DNA of 64,000 nucleotides from an uncultured Candidatus Poseidoniales archaeon (GTDB lineage Archaea; Thermoplasmatota; Poseidoniia; Poseidoniales; Poseidoniaceae): positions 26,004 to 90,003 of the forward strand of contig CACODE010000001.1 of NCBI GenBank assembly GCA_902625885.1, in the 5' to 3' direction. Below are positions 39,416 through 49,712 of this stretch, one piece after another. The notes beneath the pieces were generated by a model. That model was not told the DNA's origin. It made no database searches and saw nothing but the letters and a program-made list of their open reading frames with translations. Both the position numbers and the translations under genes were made by a program. The first letter of the stretch is position 1. Every line of letters begins with the position of its first letter.

Positions 39416-39471
39416 CCGGCAACCGCTCACGGCCATGAGTTCAAGTTATGAGCCGTTATGGTCTCGGATAG

Positions 39472-41502
39472 ATGAGCACAATGCGCCGAACCCTTCTCCT
39501 ATGTGCGGTTCTCATGGCAACCGTGCTCTCCCCGCTGATGGTTCCAGCGCAAGCGGCCTCAACGAACGATACCTTGGTCTGTTGCGAAGCCACGCCGGTT
39601 GAACTCTACCTCGTCGGCAGCGATAGCAACAAACGACTGACGCCCTCCACCTCCGACCTCGGCGAGGAACCGCAAAGTTTCGCTGTTGAAACATCCATCT
39701 CCTCACAAGAAAGCATAGGTCGTTGGCTTTTACCGGACACATGGGCGGGAGACGTCCCGTCGTCCACCTGGACCTTTGCCATTGATTACGAAGTATCCAA
39801 CGCTGCGGGCGCTCGGGTTGACGCAACAGCGACGGTAAGCGTAGGATCGAAGAGTTTTACCAAAGAGACAGAAAACACGTCCTCATTCTTGGCGCAAGGG
39901 GTGGGCACACTGACGTTTGATATCGATGTTGAAGCCTTCACAACCGGAGGCTCATCCAACATAGAGGTCGAGTTGGCGGTGCAGACCGTTCTGTTTAGCG
40001 TGCCCGGTGCGGACGCAAAACTCGAGTTTTTCTGGGGCGGAGAGGATAACCCTTCTTCGCTGGAAGCGACCATCCCCTTGATGGACATCTTCATGGTTGA
40101 GCCTGAGGTTGAAGGCTCTGATGTCTATCTAGCGGTTCGCTTGGATTCCCCATGGGGTCTTTCCACCCTTGCCATCGCCGAATCAATCGTGCTCAAGGTC
40201 AACGGTATCCCTGTTTCAGGCGATCCGATAGAAACGGCTGTTGGCGAGACCGTCCGCGTCACGTGGACGTGGACCGACGCAGCGGGAGGGCAGGAAACCA
40301 TCGGGGTTGAGGTTGAACTTCAATTCCAAACAGGGCAACCATCCTTGCGAGGGTCGAGCAATTACGACATTGAAACCTTTGACACCGGTGGCGGCACCGG
40401 GACCTACTACCCACCCGACGAACCCCTGCGCACCGACGGTGGCGGGAGCAAAATGGTGCTTGATATCGCCATGAACCTCAAGCGTCAAGACGGCGGTTTG
40501 GTGTTGGAGCGGGTGACGACCATCACCGTGGATGATGAATTAGCGTTTTGGATGCGGTGGGGCCTTGACCACATCGGCGATAACAACCCGTCCTTGTCAG
40601 CACCTCTACAGGCGTTTGATGCCGGTGCTGTCTCGGATGAGGACCGAGTTAGCAGGTTTGTTGAAGAGGTGGAGCAGGCTGAATTTGAGCGGCAAATGGT
40701 TCGACTTGGTCCCGTGTACATGAACACCGGTTTGGGATTGGATACGGATGAATTGCTCGGCGATTTCCGTGCTTTCAATGAAATAAAAGTTGAACTTGAT
40801 CTCAACGGGCAAAGTGCGGTCATCAATCACCCCGTGACGCTACGATTTTCCACAACAGAACTTGTCGAGGATGGCAGCCGTCTGGATTTGCTGAGAAATT
40901 TCATTGTCGTCCAACCGTCGCCGTTGTGGAGCGAATATTCCCTCACGTTGGACGCCCGCTCGTCTTCACTGACGGCGCTCAGCAGCAGCATTGTTCGTGA
41001 ATCTACGGCGTTTGATTTCTCTGTCTCGCGGATGCCATGGGGCGACCGAATCCAGATGTCAGGTGAAAACATTGACCAGAACGAGCAATTTTCACTTTCC
41101 ACGTTGCCGACCGCCTCGATTGCTTACGCTCCGTTAACGCTGACGCTTCTCACCGTTGTGGGGTTGCTTGGAGCGTTCATGCTTAGCCTGCGCTTTACCA
41201 GGTCAAGAAGGCGGACCTACCTGTACGTTGAGTTGGTGCTTGCACCGATTGTTCTGCTCGTCTCCGTCTTTGGGTATCCAATAGCCTTCATTGGGATCGC
41301 GCTGGGGGCGGTAGCCGTCATCTGGGTGGTCACCGCCATTGCAAGCCCGCGTCTTGTCGGCGCCCCGCGTCGAACGTCGACGCCGACCTATCCCCAAATC
41401 GCATGCCCAGCTTGCCAGACGATGGTGGACGTCACCACAGATGCACGTCCGCACCGGTTCAATTGCGCCGGTTGCGGTAGGGTCATCAAACTCGTTGCGT
41501 GA
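39472..41502 (+). CDS. Membrane protein: signal peptide, extracellular domain, three C-terminal TMs and zinc ribbon
   Basis: Signal ..PAQA; three hydrophobic helices; CPAC..CAGC at the C-terminus. Confidence 0.75.
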   Translation: MSTMRRTLLLCAVLMATVLSPLMVPAQAASTNDTLVCCEATPVELYLVGSDSNKRLTPSTSDLGEEPQSFAVETSISSQESIGRWLLPDTWAGDVPSSTWTFAIDYEVSNAAGARVDATATVSVGSKSFTKETENTSSFLAQGVGTLTFDIDVEAFTTGGSSNIEVELAVQTVLFSVPGADAKLEFFWGGEDNPSSLEATIPLMDIFMVEPEVEGSDVYLAVRLDSPWGLSTLAIAESIVLKVNGIPVSGDPIETAVGETVRVTWTWTDAAGGQETIGVEVELQFQTGQPSLRGSSNYDIETFDTGGGTGTYYPPDEPLRTDGGGSKMVLDIAMNLKRQDGGLVLERVTTITVDDELAFWMRWGLDHIGDNNPSLSAPLQAFDAGAVSDEDRVSRFVEEVEQAEFERQMVRLGPVYMNTGLGLDTDELLGDFRAFNEIKVELDLNGQSAVINHPVTLRFSTTELVEDGSRLDLLRNFIVVQPSPLWSEYSLTLDARSSSLTALSSSIVRESTAFDFSVSRMPWGDRIQMSGENIDQNEQFSLSTLPTASIAYAPLTLTLLTVVGLLGAFMLSLRFTRSRRRTYLYVELVLAPIVLLVSVFGYPIAFIGIALGAVAVIWVVTAIASPRLVGAPRRTSTPTYPQIACPACQTMVDVTTDARPHRFNCAGCGRVIKLVA

Positions 41503-41913
41503 TCAAAGGTTTAGGTTCTTGAGGTTGTCAACGAGCTGCACAGCCTCTTGGTAATCGCTCGGTGAAAAATACCCGATGAATTCCTCATCTTCGCTGACCG
41601 CAACAACGGCTTGGGGACTTCGCTCCTGCACCATAGCGAGCACTTCTTTCAGATTGTCATCCATACCAACCTGCATGAAATCCATTTCCATGTGTTGGTG
41701 GCATGGGGCCACGCTAGCATCAACACCGTCTCCAAGGGCCTTGATCAGTTGCCTTTGCCCCAAGACACCTTTGACTTTGGCATCGTCGTCAAGGACCACA
41801 ACAATGCCGCCTGAGATGGTCAACAGGCGCTTTGCTGCCTCTTGGAGCGTGTCGTCCACGCCGACGGTCATGTGTTCATCATCAAGCGTTAGGTCCGACA
41901 CCTTCTTGCCCAT
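41503..41913 (-). CDS. CBS domain protein
   Basis: Tandem CBS pattern (TVGVDDTLQEAAKRL..VVLDDDAKVKGVL; VGMDDNLKEVL..AVSEDEEFIGYFS). Confidence 0.85.
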   Translation of the reverse strand: MGKKVSDLTLDDEHMTVGVDDTLQEAAKRLLTISGGIVVVLDDDAKVKGVLGQRQLIKALGDGVDASVAPCHQHMEMDFMQVGMDDNLKEVLAMVQERSPQAVVAVSEDEEFIGYFSPSDYQEAVQLVDNLKNLNL

Positions 41914-41951
41914 GGTGTTGGCAGTAGGCTTGCAGGTTTTGGTTCTTGCTT

Positions 41952-43682
41952 TCACAAATCGTCGGTCAAATCTTCATGGCAAAGCGTCAACGTCGATTCG
42001 TCGATCACCACGGCGTATCCAACACGCTCGAGTTGGACGATCGTGCCGACCTTGTGTTTGTGCCGCTCAAGCCGCCCTTCAATGTGGAAAATCGTGTTGT
42101 CCCTCGTGCCTGTGATGATGGCTTCCTTGCTGTTGTTCGTGGGTAACCAGTGCACGATGGGGCGTTTGTCGTTGCGCTCCATGCTCTCCACACGGGCTTC
42201 CCGGTCGTGGAGGGCAATGTTGGCAAACTCCTTCAATCGCAGGTCCATTTTATCCAGGTCCTCGCTTTCGAGCCATATTTCGCCGTTCGTTAGGGTCCAG
42301 CGACGTTGACCCATGGTTGCATCGTTTGGGTGCAGCGGTAGAGCCAATTCTTTGGGGTAATCACCAACGAGTTGGAAGGCTGCAGGGTGACGGACGAACG
42401 CCAATCGTGGAGCAGTCTTGTCAATGACACTGACGTTGTGCGAGTACAAGGTGGCGAGCGGTACTGAAATGTCCTTCTGCGTGATGCCGAGTTCCAACCA
42501 AAATTGCCGCAGTGCCATGGCTTGTATGCCTCGCTTTCTCAACCCTGCCAAGGTGGGAAGTCGCGGGTCGTCCCAACCGTTGTATTGACCGGCTTCAATG
42601 TCCGCCCGCATCTGCGAAGTTGAGAAACCACCCCATTCGTGAACTTTCACACGACCCCAGTACATGGTTTCGGGGTATGTCCATCCAAAGTGCTCGTACA
42701 GGAGGGTCTGTTTCCTCGTTGAATCCATTAAGTCCTTTCCTCGAATGATGTGCGTTACACCTTGCAGATGGTCCTCGACGGCGCTTTGAAAATCAAGCAA
42801 GGGCCAAACCATGTAGCGAGAACCGATTTCCGGCCGTGGATGCGGATGCTTCGCCGTGTCCTGCAAACGAAGTGCAGGCCAATCCCTCAGAGCGGGGTTC
42901 TTGAGCGTCATGTCGGTTTTAACGCGAACGACGGCCTCACCGGGTTTGAATTTTCCATCCAACATACGCTTCCAGAGGATTTGGTTGTCCTGAGGTGATT
43001 GGGTCCGGCAAGGGCAACTTGATTTTGAGATTCGGTATTCTTTGAATTCGTCCGCCGTGCACCGACAGACATAACCGAAATTTTCCTCCAACATTCGCGT
43101 GGCGTGTTCGTAATAGATGTCGATTCGATCCGAAGCGTAGACAACCCGGTCCGGTTGGCGTCCGGTCAACCAAGCGGTTTCTTCTTGGATGGTTTCGTAG
43201 GCTTCCAGCATCGGCGGTTTTACTTTCGTATCCGTGTCGTCAAACCTCAGAATAAACTCGCCGTCGTACATGTCCCTGTAAGCGGCGTTGATGATGAGGC
43301 CTCTTGAGTGTCCAAAGGACAGAGGGCCGTTCGGGTTGGGTGCGAATCGGAGAACAACCTTCCCTTTCGTTGCGTTTTTCAATTCGGGCAGCCCTTCTCT
43401 GCGTGCCTTTGTTTCCCTCTTTTCCAAGAGGTGGGGTGCTTCCCTCGCAAGTGTTTCCCGCAAAGCCTCCATACCTTCGCTCGCCGCTGTGGCGTTGGCG
43501 CTGGCAACGTGGGTCGCCACGAGGGCAGTGACCGCTTTTCCGTGTTGCCTGAGGTCACCTCGCATGGCCATGATTCGGCCAATCACCGAGCCGACGGCTG
43601 CCTGGCCTTCGTATTCCAACGCGTTTTGGAGAGCGACATGGCGTATGAGGTCCTGGGTCGCTTCGTCAGGCTCCCAACTCAT
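41952..43682 (-). CDS. gltX: Glutamate--tRNA ligase (archaeal type)
   Basis: RFAPNPNGPLSFGH, LRFDDTD, THIIRGKD, FSTS, GWDDPRLPTL and QLERVGY motifs. Confidence 0.96.
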   Translation of the reverse strand: MSWEPDEATQDLIRHVALQNALEYEGQAAVGSVIGRIMAMRGDLRQHGKAVTALVATHVASANATAASEGMEALRETLAREAPHLLEKRETKARREGLPELKNATKGKVVLRFAPNPNGPLSFGHSRGLIINAAYRDMYDGEFILRFDDTDTKVKPPMLEAYETIQEETAWLTGRQPDRVVYASDRIDIYYEHATRMLEENFGYVCRCTADEFKEYRISKSSCPCRTQSPQDNQILWKRMLDGKFKPGEAVVRVKTDMTLKNPALRDWPALRLQDTAKHPHPRPEIGSRYMVWPLLDFQSAVEDHLQGVTHIIRGKDLMDSTRKQTLLYEHFGWTYPETMYWGRVKVHEWGGFSTSQMRADIEAGQYNGWDDPRLPTLAGLRKRGIQAMALRQFWLELGITQKDISVPLATLYSHNVSVIDKTAPRLAFVRHPAAFQLVGDYPKELALPLHPNDATMGQRRWTLTNGEIWLESEDLDKMDLRLKEFANIALHDREARVESMERNDKRPIVHWLPTNNSKEAIITGTRDNTIFHIEGRLERHKHKVGTIVQLERVGYAVVIDESTLTLCHEDLTDDL

Positions 43683-43711
43683 GTCGCTCACGCCGTGGTG
43701 GTGATGCCCCT

Positions 43712-44455
43712 TCAAGAAATGCGTGACTCATCTTCATGAAACAATCGCTGTTGCACCGATGATTTTCGCCCTCGAACCGGCACATCGCCCCGCCGGTTTT
43801 GTTTCCAGAACCGTTTCGTGGTCGCCCATTCCCAACGAACTTGCTCGTCAATCCCGTTCTGGAGAACAAGCCTGTGAAGTGCAGCCTTGGTTGTCGGGTC
43901 GCTTGGGTATCCCGATCCCACATTGAAACCGTGCGATTCGCTCATCTGAACCATGGCACGGTCTCGCTCTTCCTTCGCCAGAATACTTGCCATGGCCACC
44001 ACCGGGTAGATTTCGTCAGCTTTGTGTTCAGAGACCAGGGTTGAGTTGTGCCATGGCCAGTCGCTTAATCCAGTCGCAATGCGTTGTGTGAACCGGTTGG
44101 CATCAACATCGCATGCGTCGGTTATGATTTCCGCACTTTCTGTTTTGGGCAGGTTTCCAATGGCCGTTTGAAAGGCCTCAACTTCCAGCCAATTCAGACC
44201 GCGGCCTTGCAGAGCTTCATCGATGCACTCAGGCGTAATAACAACCGTCGCGCCGTACCACCCAGCGCTGGTTGCATGGTTCCAGAACCACCGTTCGATT
44301 TCTGCTCTTTTTTTTGATGAGAGATCCTTCGAATCCCTTACACCCTGTTCGACCAGCAAACCAACATCGTCCGTTGGTATGGCACAAATCCCTACCACAA
44401 GAGGCCCCAACACTGGACCTCGCCCCGCCTCGTCCACACCCACCATCGTGTTCAT
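43712..44455 (-). CDS. rnhB: Ribonuclease HII
   Basis: GVDEAGRGPVLGPLV, DSKDL, EHKAD, VAMASILAK and GSGYPSDP motifs. Confidence 0.96.
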   Translation of the reverse strand: MNTMVGVDEAGRGPVLGPLVVGICAIPTDDVGLLVEQGVRDSKDLSSKKRAEIERWFWNHATSAGWYGATVVITPECIDEALQGRGLNWLEVEAFQTAIGNLPKTESAEIITDACDVDANRFTQRIATGLSDWPWHNSTLVSEHKADEIYPVVAMASILAKEERDRAMVQMSESHGFNVGSGYPSDPTTKAALHRLVLQNGIDEQVRWEWATTKRFWKQNRRGDVPVRGRKSSVQQRLFHEDESRIS

Positions 44456-44459
44456 GTTA

Positions 44460-46775
44460 TCAAAACTCCAAGTCGTCGTCAGGGTAGTGTTTTGGAAGGT
44501 TTTCATCTTCGGTCATGTTGATTATTCCAACCTTCGGTGAATCATTTGCATGAAGCAGGGCGTTGGCTTTGTCGATCGCCACACTGTTTGCTACGGCCTG
44601 TGGTGGTGAGTGGAATTCACGTTGCTGATTTACCTGGTACCCATGCATCTGTTTTGGAACGGCTGCTGCCATGTTGGTGGGTTGTTCGGGCTCCGTGTCT
44701 GTTTTCTTGAAACGTTCCATCCAGTCCTCAGATGTTTCTGACGATTCCTGGTAAGGCATGATGGCGCTGTTCGCCGCTCGCCTTTGCCGTGCTTTGATGG
44801 CTTGGAAAATGACGATTGAGGCAAACGCTACACTTGCGATCACACTCCACCAGGCTTTTGCCAAAAGAACCGCCGTCGATCCAAGTTCAGAAAGCACCGT
44901 TCCCCCATCTTCAGCCGAAGGTGCCGACCGGGATGCCCCGGTGTAATCAGCCGTTGTCGTGTGAACGAAGGCGGTCTCAGGTGCAAGTTGCGATGTCACC
45001 GTCGTGTTGATGTACACCGTTCCGTCCATCTGCTGGTCTTGTGGGAGTTGGACCCATGCCTCGATGGTGAAGTTTGAACCGAGCGGTATGCCACTCACGT
45101 CAAACGATCGAGGGTGTTTTACACCCGCTTCATAATTGGCCGACAAAGGAGGTACAAGGCCCATGTCAACGGCATGACTGGACCGAAGGTGTACCGTCAA
45201 GCCGTCCGCTACATTCCCGTTGTTGTGGGCCAGCATCGACAGCGACAGCCTCCCGTTTTCGTCAATGTTTTCTGAGATGCTCTGGAACGTCCAATTTATT
45301 TTTGCAGCAACAACAAGAACGACGACCGTATGATCGACAACGTTTCCAGTATCGTCCAAGAGCTCTATTGTCAGATTGTCTTGTGTGTAAGCGAGAGCAC
45401 TTTCCGCAGCGAAGATGTTTGATGCAGTGAACGTTTTTGTCTCTCCGGGTTGCAAGAGGAGGGTCGCCTCGGTCAGTTCCAATTCAAATGCCTCAGCCGT
45501 CAGTTGCCCGTTCAGCCTGAAGGTGTTGTACGAATTGCCCGTGTTGGTAGCGGTTAGCTCAACAGCGCAAGATTTACTTGGAGAGATTGATTGACATCCC
45601 TGTTGGCTGTGTTCGAGGAGTCCGGACGAAACTCGATCGATTCTTGCAACTGTTCTCGCCGTTTTCAGGCTGCTTTGTGCCCCACTTGCGAAGACCTGCA
45701 ATTCCACGTGCATCTCTCCATCAAAGGTGTTGGGTGCTTGAAATCCTATTTCGATCAGCCTCGTTTCATTGGGTTCCAGAACAATGTCTTCCAACCCGCC
45801 AAACAACGCCACAACCCAGCCGTTGCTGTTGAATCGGTCTGAAGGTTCAGTGTCGGCCTGCGGTGTGCCATCGGAAGCGATTGGTTGCAGCGTTATGTTC
45901 AGGGTGTTGGGGGTGTTGCCAACGTTTCTGACCAGGGCGCTGACCCTACCATCGCTGTTTGGTGCGACCGAAAGTGCGGCCTCAATATCATCGATGCTTG
46001 CATTCTTCTTTTCGTTCATTTGAAGGTCGAAACTCCATGTTGAGACCGCTTTGTCAAGACTCGACACAGCATCGAGTTGGAACCGTGGTCCGGTGTTGGC
46101 GAGCGGTGCGCCGTCAAGGACTGCAGGGACGTCGATCCAGATGGAAACAATGGCGAGTGCGTCGGGCTCCATGCTGATGTAAGCCTCGTTTCCGCTGATG
46201 TTTGGCATGTTCCAACCCCAACCCCAGCCTGAGTTGGTGTGCAGCGAGAACACCACGTTGTCAACATAGGAGGCGTTGTTTGTGATGTTGACGGCAACGG
46301 ACGTGCGCACCATTTCGTCCACGGTGAATGCAGAAACGCCCTCGACTCCAAAATTCAGATTTGAGTAGGGGACGATGTGTATTTCCATGGCTACGGTTTC
46401 GTTGAGGCCAGCATCCGTGTCGCTTAGGATGCTGAACGTGGTGCTGAGGTTTTGGAAAGCAGCGTTGGCGGGTGCTTTTATCTCGATGCGGAACTGATGA
46501 AGCTGGTTTGGTTCGAGCGAGGCACTTTGGGGCAGACCGACCACCAGCAACGGTTCGGGTACCTCGAGTGAATCTACCGTCAGTGTCTGTTCTGCACTCG
46601 CTGTGTTTTGCACGGTGATGAAGGTGATTTTTGTCTCGTTCTGGTGCACGTACACTTTGTCGGGCGAAGCGGTGCTGATGCCGGTATCGGAGGTATGAAC
46701 TCCATCGCCCATCCCAAACCCAACGGGTGCAAGGAGAGGCAAAAGGAAGATGGTAAGAACCAACAACCATCGCAT
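44460..46775 (-). CDS. Membrane-anchored protein with tandem Ig-like (COG1470/NEW3-like) repeats
   Basis: Signal peptide; repeated NxGN..L.P.E motifs; C-terminal TM and low-complexity tail. Confidence 0.75.
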   Translation of the reverse strand: MRWLLVLTIFLLPLLAPVGFGMGDGVHTSDTGISTASPDKVYVHQNETKITFITVQNTASAEQTLTVDSLEVPEPLLVVGLPQSASLEPNQLHQFRIEIKAPANAAFQNLSTTFSILSDTDAGLNETVAMEIHIVPYSNLNFGVEGVSAFTVDEMVRTSVAVNITNNASYVDNVVFSLHTNSGWGWGWNMPNISGNEAYISMEPDALAIVSIWIDVPAVLDGAPLANTGPRFQLDAVSSLDKAVSTWSFDLQMNEKKNASIDDIEAALSVAPNSDGRVSALVRNVGNTPNTLNITLQPIASDGTPQADTEPSDRFNSNGWVVALFGGLEDIVLEPNETRLIEIGFQAPNTFDGEMHVELQVFASGAQSSLKTARTVARIDRVSSGLLEHSQQGCQSISPSKSCAVELTATNTGNSYNTFRLNGQLTAEAFELELTEATLLLQPGETKTFTASNIFAAESALAYTQDNLTIELLDDTGNVVDHTVVVLVVAAKINWTFQSISENIDENGRLSLSMLAHNNGNVADGLTVHLRSSHAVDMGLVPPLSANYEAGVKHPRSFDVSGIPLGSNFTIEAWVQLPQDQQMDGTVYINTTVTSQLAPETAFVHTTTADYTGASRSAPSAEDGGTVLSELGSTAVLLAKAWWSVIASVAFASIVIFQAIKARQRRAANSAIMPYQESSETSEDWMERFKKTDTEPEQPTNMAAAVPKQMHGYQVNQQREFHSPPQAVANSVAIDKANALLHANDSPKVGIINMTEDENLPKHYPDDDLEF

Positions 46776-46867
46776 GGCTTTGTGCAGCACTTACCCCCTA
46801 TCAAGGCCTCCCTTGGTTGAACAAAAGAGGTCGTAGCATTCTTGAGTTCCACCTGAGTGGTCAAGAC

Positions 46868-47287
46868 ATGCCGCCGTTCTGGCCGTTCAAAAAGAAAGAG
46901 ATCGTGCCTCAGGTGAGGGAGGAACCGCCAGCTCCGGTGGTGTACCGGCGGGGCGAGGATCCGTACGCTCGTGCCTCGGTCGAAGCCGATCAAGCGGCCT
47001 ACAAGGACGCCTTGGCCCTGTTCGGAGGCGGTTCCCAAGAGGTAGCGGCCTCAACCGACCTATCCGCCGACTACGATGGTGTCGTCGATGCCTCAACACC
47101 GTCCGCCATGCCGGAGAAAAAGAGCGACGGTGCAACCTCGGAGGCCTCGCCAGGATCCAACGCCGATGATGAATTCACGTGGGTGCACCACAGCGACGGC
47201 TACCATTACAAACGTCTTGCCAGCGGGGCTTTTGAGCCAACACCGCACACAAAAAGCGGTGATGGAACCTATACGCCGTATTCGTGA
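46868..47287 (+). CDS. Small hypothetical protein with an aromatic C-terminal domain
   Basis: MPPFWPFKKK start; disordered linker; C-terminal WVHHSDGYHYKR..YTPY. Confidence 0.6.
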   Translation: MPPFWPFKKKEIVPQVREEPPAPVVYRRGEDPYARASVEADQAAYKDALALFGGGSQEVAASTDLSADYDGVVDASTPSAMPEKKSDGATSEASPGSNADDEFTWVHHSDGYHYKRLASGAFEPTPHTKSGDGTYTPYS

Positions 47288-47955
47288 TCAAACAGTCGGG
47301 GAATCGGCTGAACCAGGCCGGGATGGTTCTCGCGAACGTTGTTCACGGCCCTGCTTACCGGATACCGAACAACAACTCCGGCAGCGGGGGGGGCGGGCAG
47401 GACGCCTTTGGACAACCACGCTGAGACACCTTCACTGGTGAGCAAAACCGGCATCCTGTCATGGACTTCGCGACAGTCTAGGTTTGCTTCTTGCGTCAGC
47501 AGAACACAGGATTCGAGGTGGTCACCGTTCTTTGACCAGCCCTCCCACAAGGCAGCCATGAAAAGTGGCGACTCGGTTTCGGATTTGTGAAACCAAGGCG
47601 TTTTTCCTTGCGGTGTTGTCATCCATTCATACCATCCATTCGCAGGGACAACACCTCGGCGTTGTTCTGCTGCACGGCGGAACATGGGTTTGTCATGAAC
47701 CGTTTCCCTTCTCGCATTGATCGGCTCTCTGTTTGAGGGTTTGGCCCACGAAGGGCGAAACCCCCATTGCATCAATCGGAAATGACGTTGAACGTTCTGT
47801 TCCCCATCGACCCCAACTTCAGTGGCAACCGGCACGTGCTGTTGCGGGCAAACGTTCCAAGATGGCGCGAAAGGGGTCAATTCAGACAGCGGCTCGGCTG
47901 CGGCAACGGCCGCCAATTCCTTCATCGGTGTAAAGAGGGCGAAACGACCGCACAT
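47269..47955 (-). CDS. SOS response-associated peptidase (SRAP / YedK / HMCES) abasic-site protection protein
   Basis: MCGRF N-terminus; INARRET, GWYEW, HDRMPV and VSRAVN motifs. Confidence 0.93.
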   Translation of the reverse strand: MCGRFALFTPMKELAAVAAAEPLSELTPFAPSWNVCPQQHVPVATEVGVDGEQNVQRHFRLMQWGFRPSWAKPSNREPINARRETVHDKPMFRRAAEQRRGVVPANGWYEWMTTPQGKTPWFHKSETESPLFMAALWEGWSKNGDHLESCVLLTQEANLDCREVHDRMPVLLTSEGVSAWLSKGVLPAPPAAGVVVRYPVSRAVNNVRENHPGLVQPIPRLFDHEYGV

Positions 47956-47964
47956 AGCCATGCC

Positions 47965-49707
47965 TCAAACAGGGTCTTGTGCCACCGTCATGAGTTTCTC
48001 AAGGTCAAATTCAGCACCGTTGAGCGGAACCCGGAGTTCGTATATTGATGTGACCGCAGGGTCCAATTCACCGAAGCACCCAACCCACGTGCCGTTGATA
48101 ACCACCTTCGCGGCGCGTCCGGCTAGCCACGGTCCATCGCCCGGTTCCAGCGCTTCTGCGGACCAGTCGGCAACACCCAAGTCGTTGCATAGTGCCTGAA
48201 TGCGACCACGTACAGCAGCAAAGCCTCCGCTTTTTTCAGCCGTCAGAAACGCCAGCCGATCCGCGTTCTTGTGGTTTCGAACAACGCTGCCGAGTTCGTA
48301 CACCGATTGCGGAAGGTCGTGATGGCGGTTGGTGGCAAGCAATTTCAACAGCCCGGGGAGGAGATGGTGGCGCAGAACGGTGTGTTCGACCGTGATGGGG
48401 TTGGTGATGGACGTGATTTCATGCTGGGGCTCCCAGCGCATGTTGGTGAACTGGTCACTTTCGTTGGAGAGCGTGAGCGATTGAATCTGTACCATGCCCA
48501 AACCCTGCATGGACTCACGCAACCGCCGGCGAAGGTGGTGGTCAGGTCTCGGCAACCCCGTCAGTGTTGCTTTTGGAACATCGGTACCGAGGTCCTCATA
48601 GCCATGGCCTATCGCCACCTCCTCCACCAGGTCGACTGGGTGAAGCAGGTCAAACCTCCATCGCGGGAGGGTGAGCACCAATTCCGATGTGCCGGCACTT
48701 GCTGTTGCCATGCGATTTGAATCGCCGGGCGCTCCTTCTGGTGCGGGTTGGCGCCCCTCAAAGCGACCTCCCATACGTTGGATTGCCTGTTGGATTTCAT
48801 CGTCGGTCAGGGTGATGCCCAACAGGTTTGAAAGCAATTCTTCCGGGACGATGTGTTGCTTGCCCTCACCGACAGGCAGGACTGCGATTTCACCATCGCA
48901 TCCGGTCACCTCAACCGATTCAACCGTGCCGCCTCGCTGAGAAAGTTGCAGGCAAATGAGCATCAGGGCAGCCTCGCACGCACGACGGTCCCAACCCGTG
49001 ACATCGATGAAGAAATCCTTCGTCGCATGGGTTACGGCGGTCTGCTCCCCGTTGATGATGGGGGGGAAGGAGAGGACCTTGTTGTCGCTGTCGTAGATGA
49101 GTGGATAGCGTTCCATACCGTCAAGCAAGTGGGCGTAATCAACGCCTTTGGGATGGGCGTTGAGAATCTCTGTCAAGGTCATCGATTTCTCGCTGGCAAG
49201 GGGTGTGAACGACGCTTCTTTTTTCACGGCTTTGACATGAAAGGGAGGGGAGATGGTGGCCAAGTCGTGAACACCGATGGACGCTCGTTTGCGGCCCCTA
49301 CCAAGGGCGAAGTGCAACTTTTCCTGATGGTCCATGAGCGCTTTGACAAACGCCTCAGCTTCTGGTTCAGGAACGGCGACGTTGCGCACCACGGCTCCAT
49401 AAACGATCGGTCGTACATTGGTCAAAGCGGCGTCGACGGTCATTTTTATCCCACTTGGCTTGACATTCATGTCCGGATTTGCGGGCATGCCGTGAAGGAA
49501 ATTTAGCATCGCGTAAGCCAACGTCTCACCGCTGAGCAAATCCGGCCTGTCTGGAAAAATTTCAATGTCAAGCACCTCGTCGTCGCAGGCATCAATGTCC
49601 GTTCCAAGCAACGGCAACTCTTCGTTGACCTTGCCGATGTCGTGCTTGTACCCGTGCTGTTCAATGAGTTGCCTCAACAACGACTGTGGTACGGAGATTG
49701 TTGGCAC
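47965..49707 (-). CDS. pheT: Phenylalanine--tRNA ligase beta subunit (archaeal)
   Basis: PDRPDLLSGE, QEKLH..GRKRASIGVHD, SFPPIING, DLLHPVDLVEEVAIGHGY. Start is GTG (MPTI) with AGGTGA upstream, or ATG 49713. Confidence 0.95.
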   Translation of the reverse strand: MPTISVPQSLLRQLIEQHGYKHDIGKVNEELPLLGTDIDACDDEVLDIEIFPDRPDLLSGETLAYAMLNFLHGMPANPDMNVKPSGIKMTVDAALTNVRPIVYGAVVRNVAVPEPEAEAFVKALMDHQEKLHFALGRGRKRASIGVHDLATISPPFHVKAVKKEASFTPLASEKSMTLTEILNAHPKGVDYAHLLDGMERYPLIYDSDNKVLSFPPIINGEQTAVTHATKDFFIDVTGWDRRACEAALMLICLQLSQRGGTVESVEVTGCDGEIAVLPVGEGKQHIVPEELLSNLLGITLTDDEIQQAIQRMGGRFEGRQPAPEGAPGDSNRMATASAGTSELVLTLPRWRFDLLHPVDLVEEVAIGHGYEDLGTDVPKATLTGLPRPDHHLRRRLRESMQGLGMVQIQSLTLSNESDQFTNMRWEPQHEITSITNPITVEHTVLRHHLLPGLLKLLATNRHHDLPQSVYELGSVVRNHKNADRLAFLTAEKSGGFAAVRGRIQALCNDLGVADWSAEALEPGDGPWLAGRAAKVVINGTWVGCFGELDPAVTSIYELRVPLNGAEFDLEKLMTVAQDPV

Positions 49708-49712
49708 TTGCA

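Noticed and set aside
43683..43715. His4 tag-like N-terminus MKGHHHHG on GluRS
   Set aside because: It depends on a TTG start. The better ATG is at 43682, and the TTGAAG there fits the promoter-like motif.
47386..47393. Another G-homopolymer, inside the SRAP gene
   Set aside because: The reading frame is intact through it and the conserved C-terminal VSRAVN motif is in frame.
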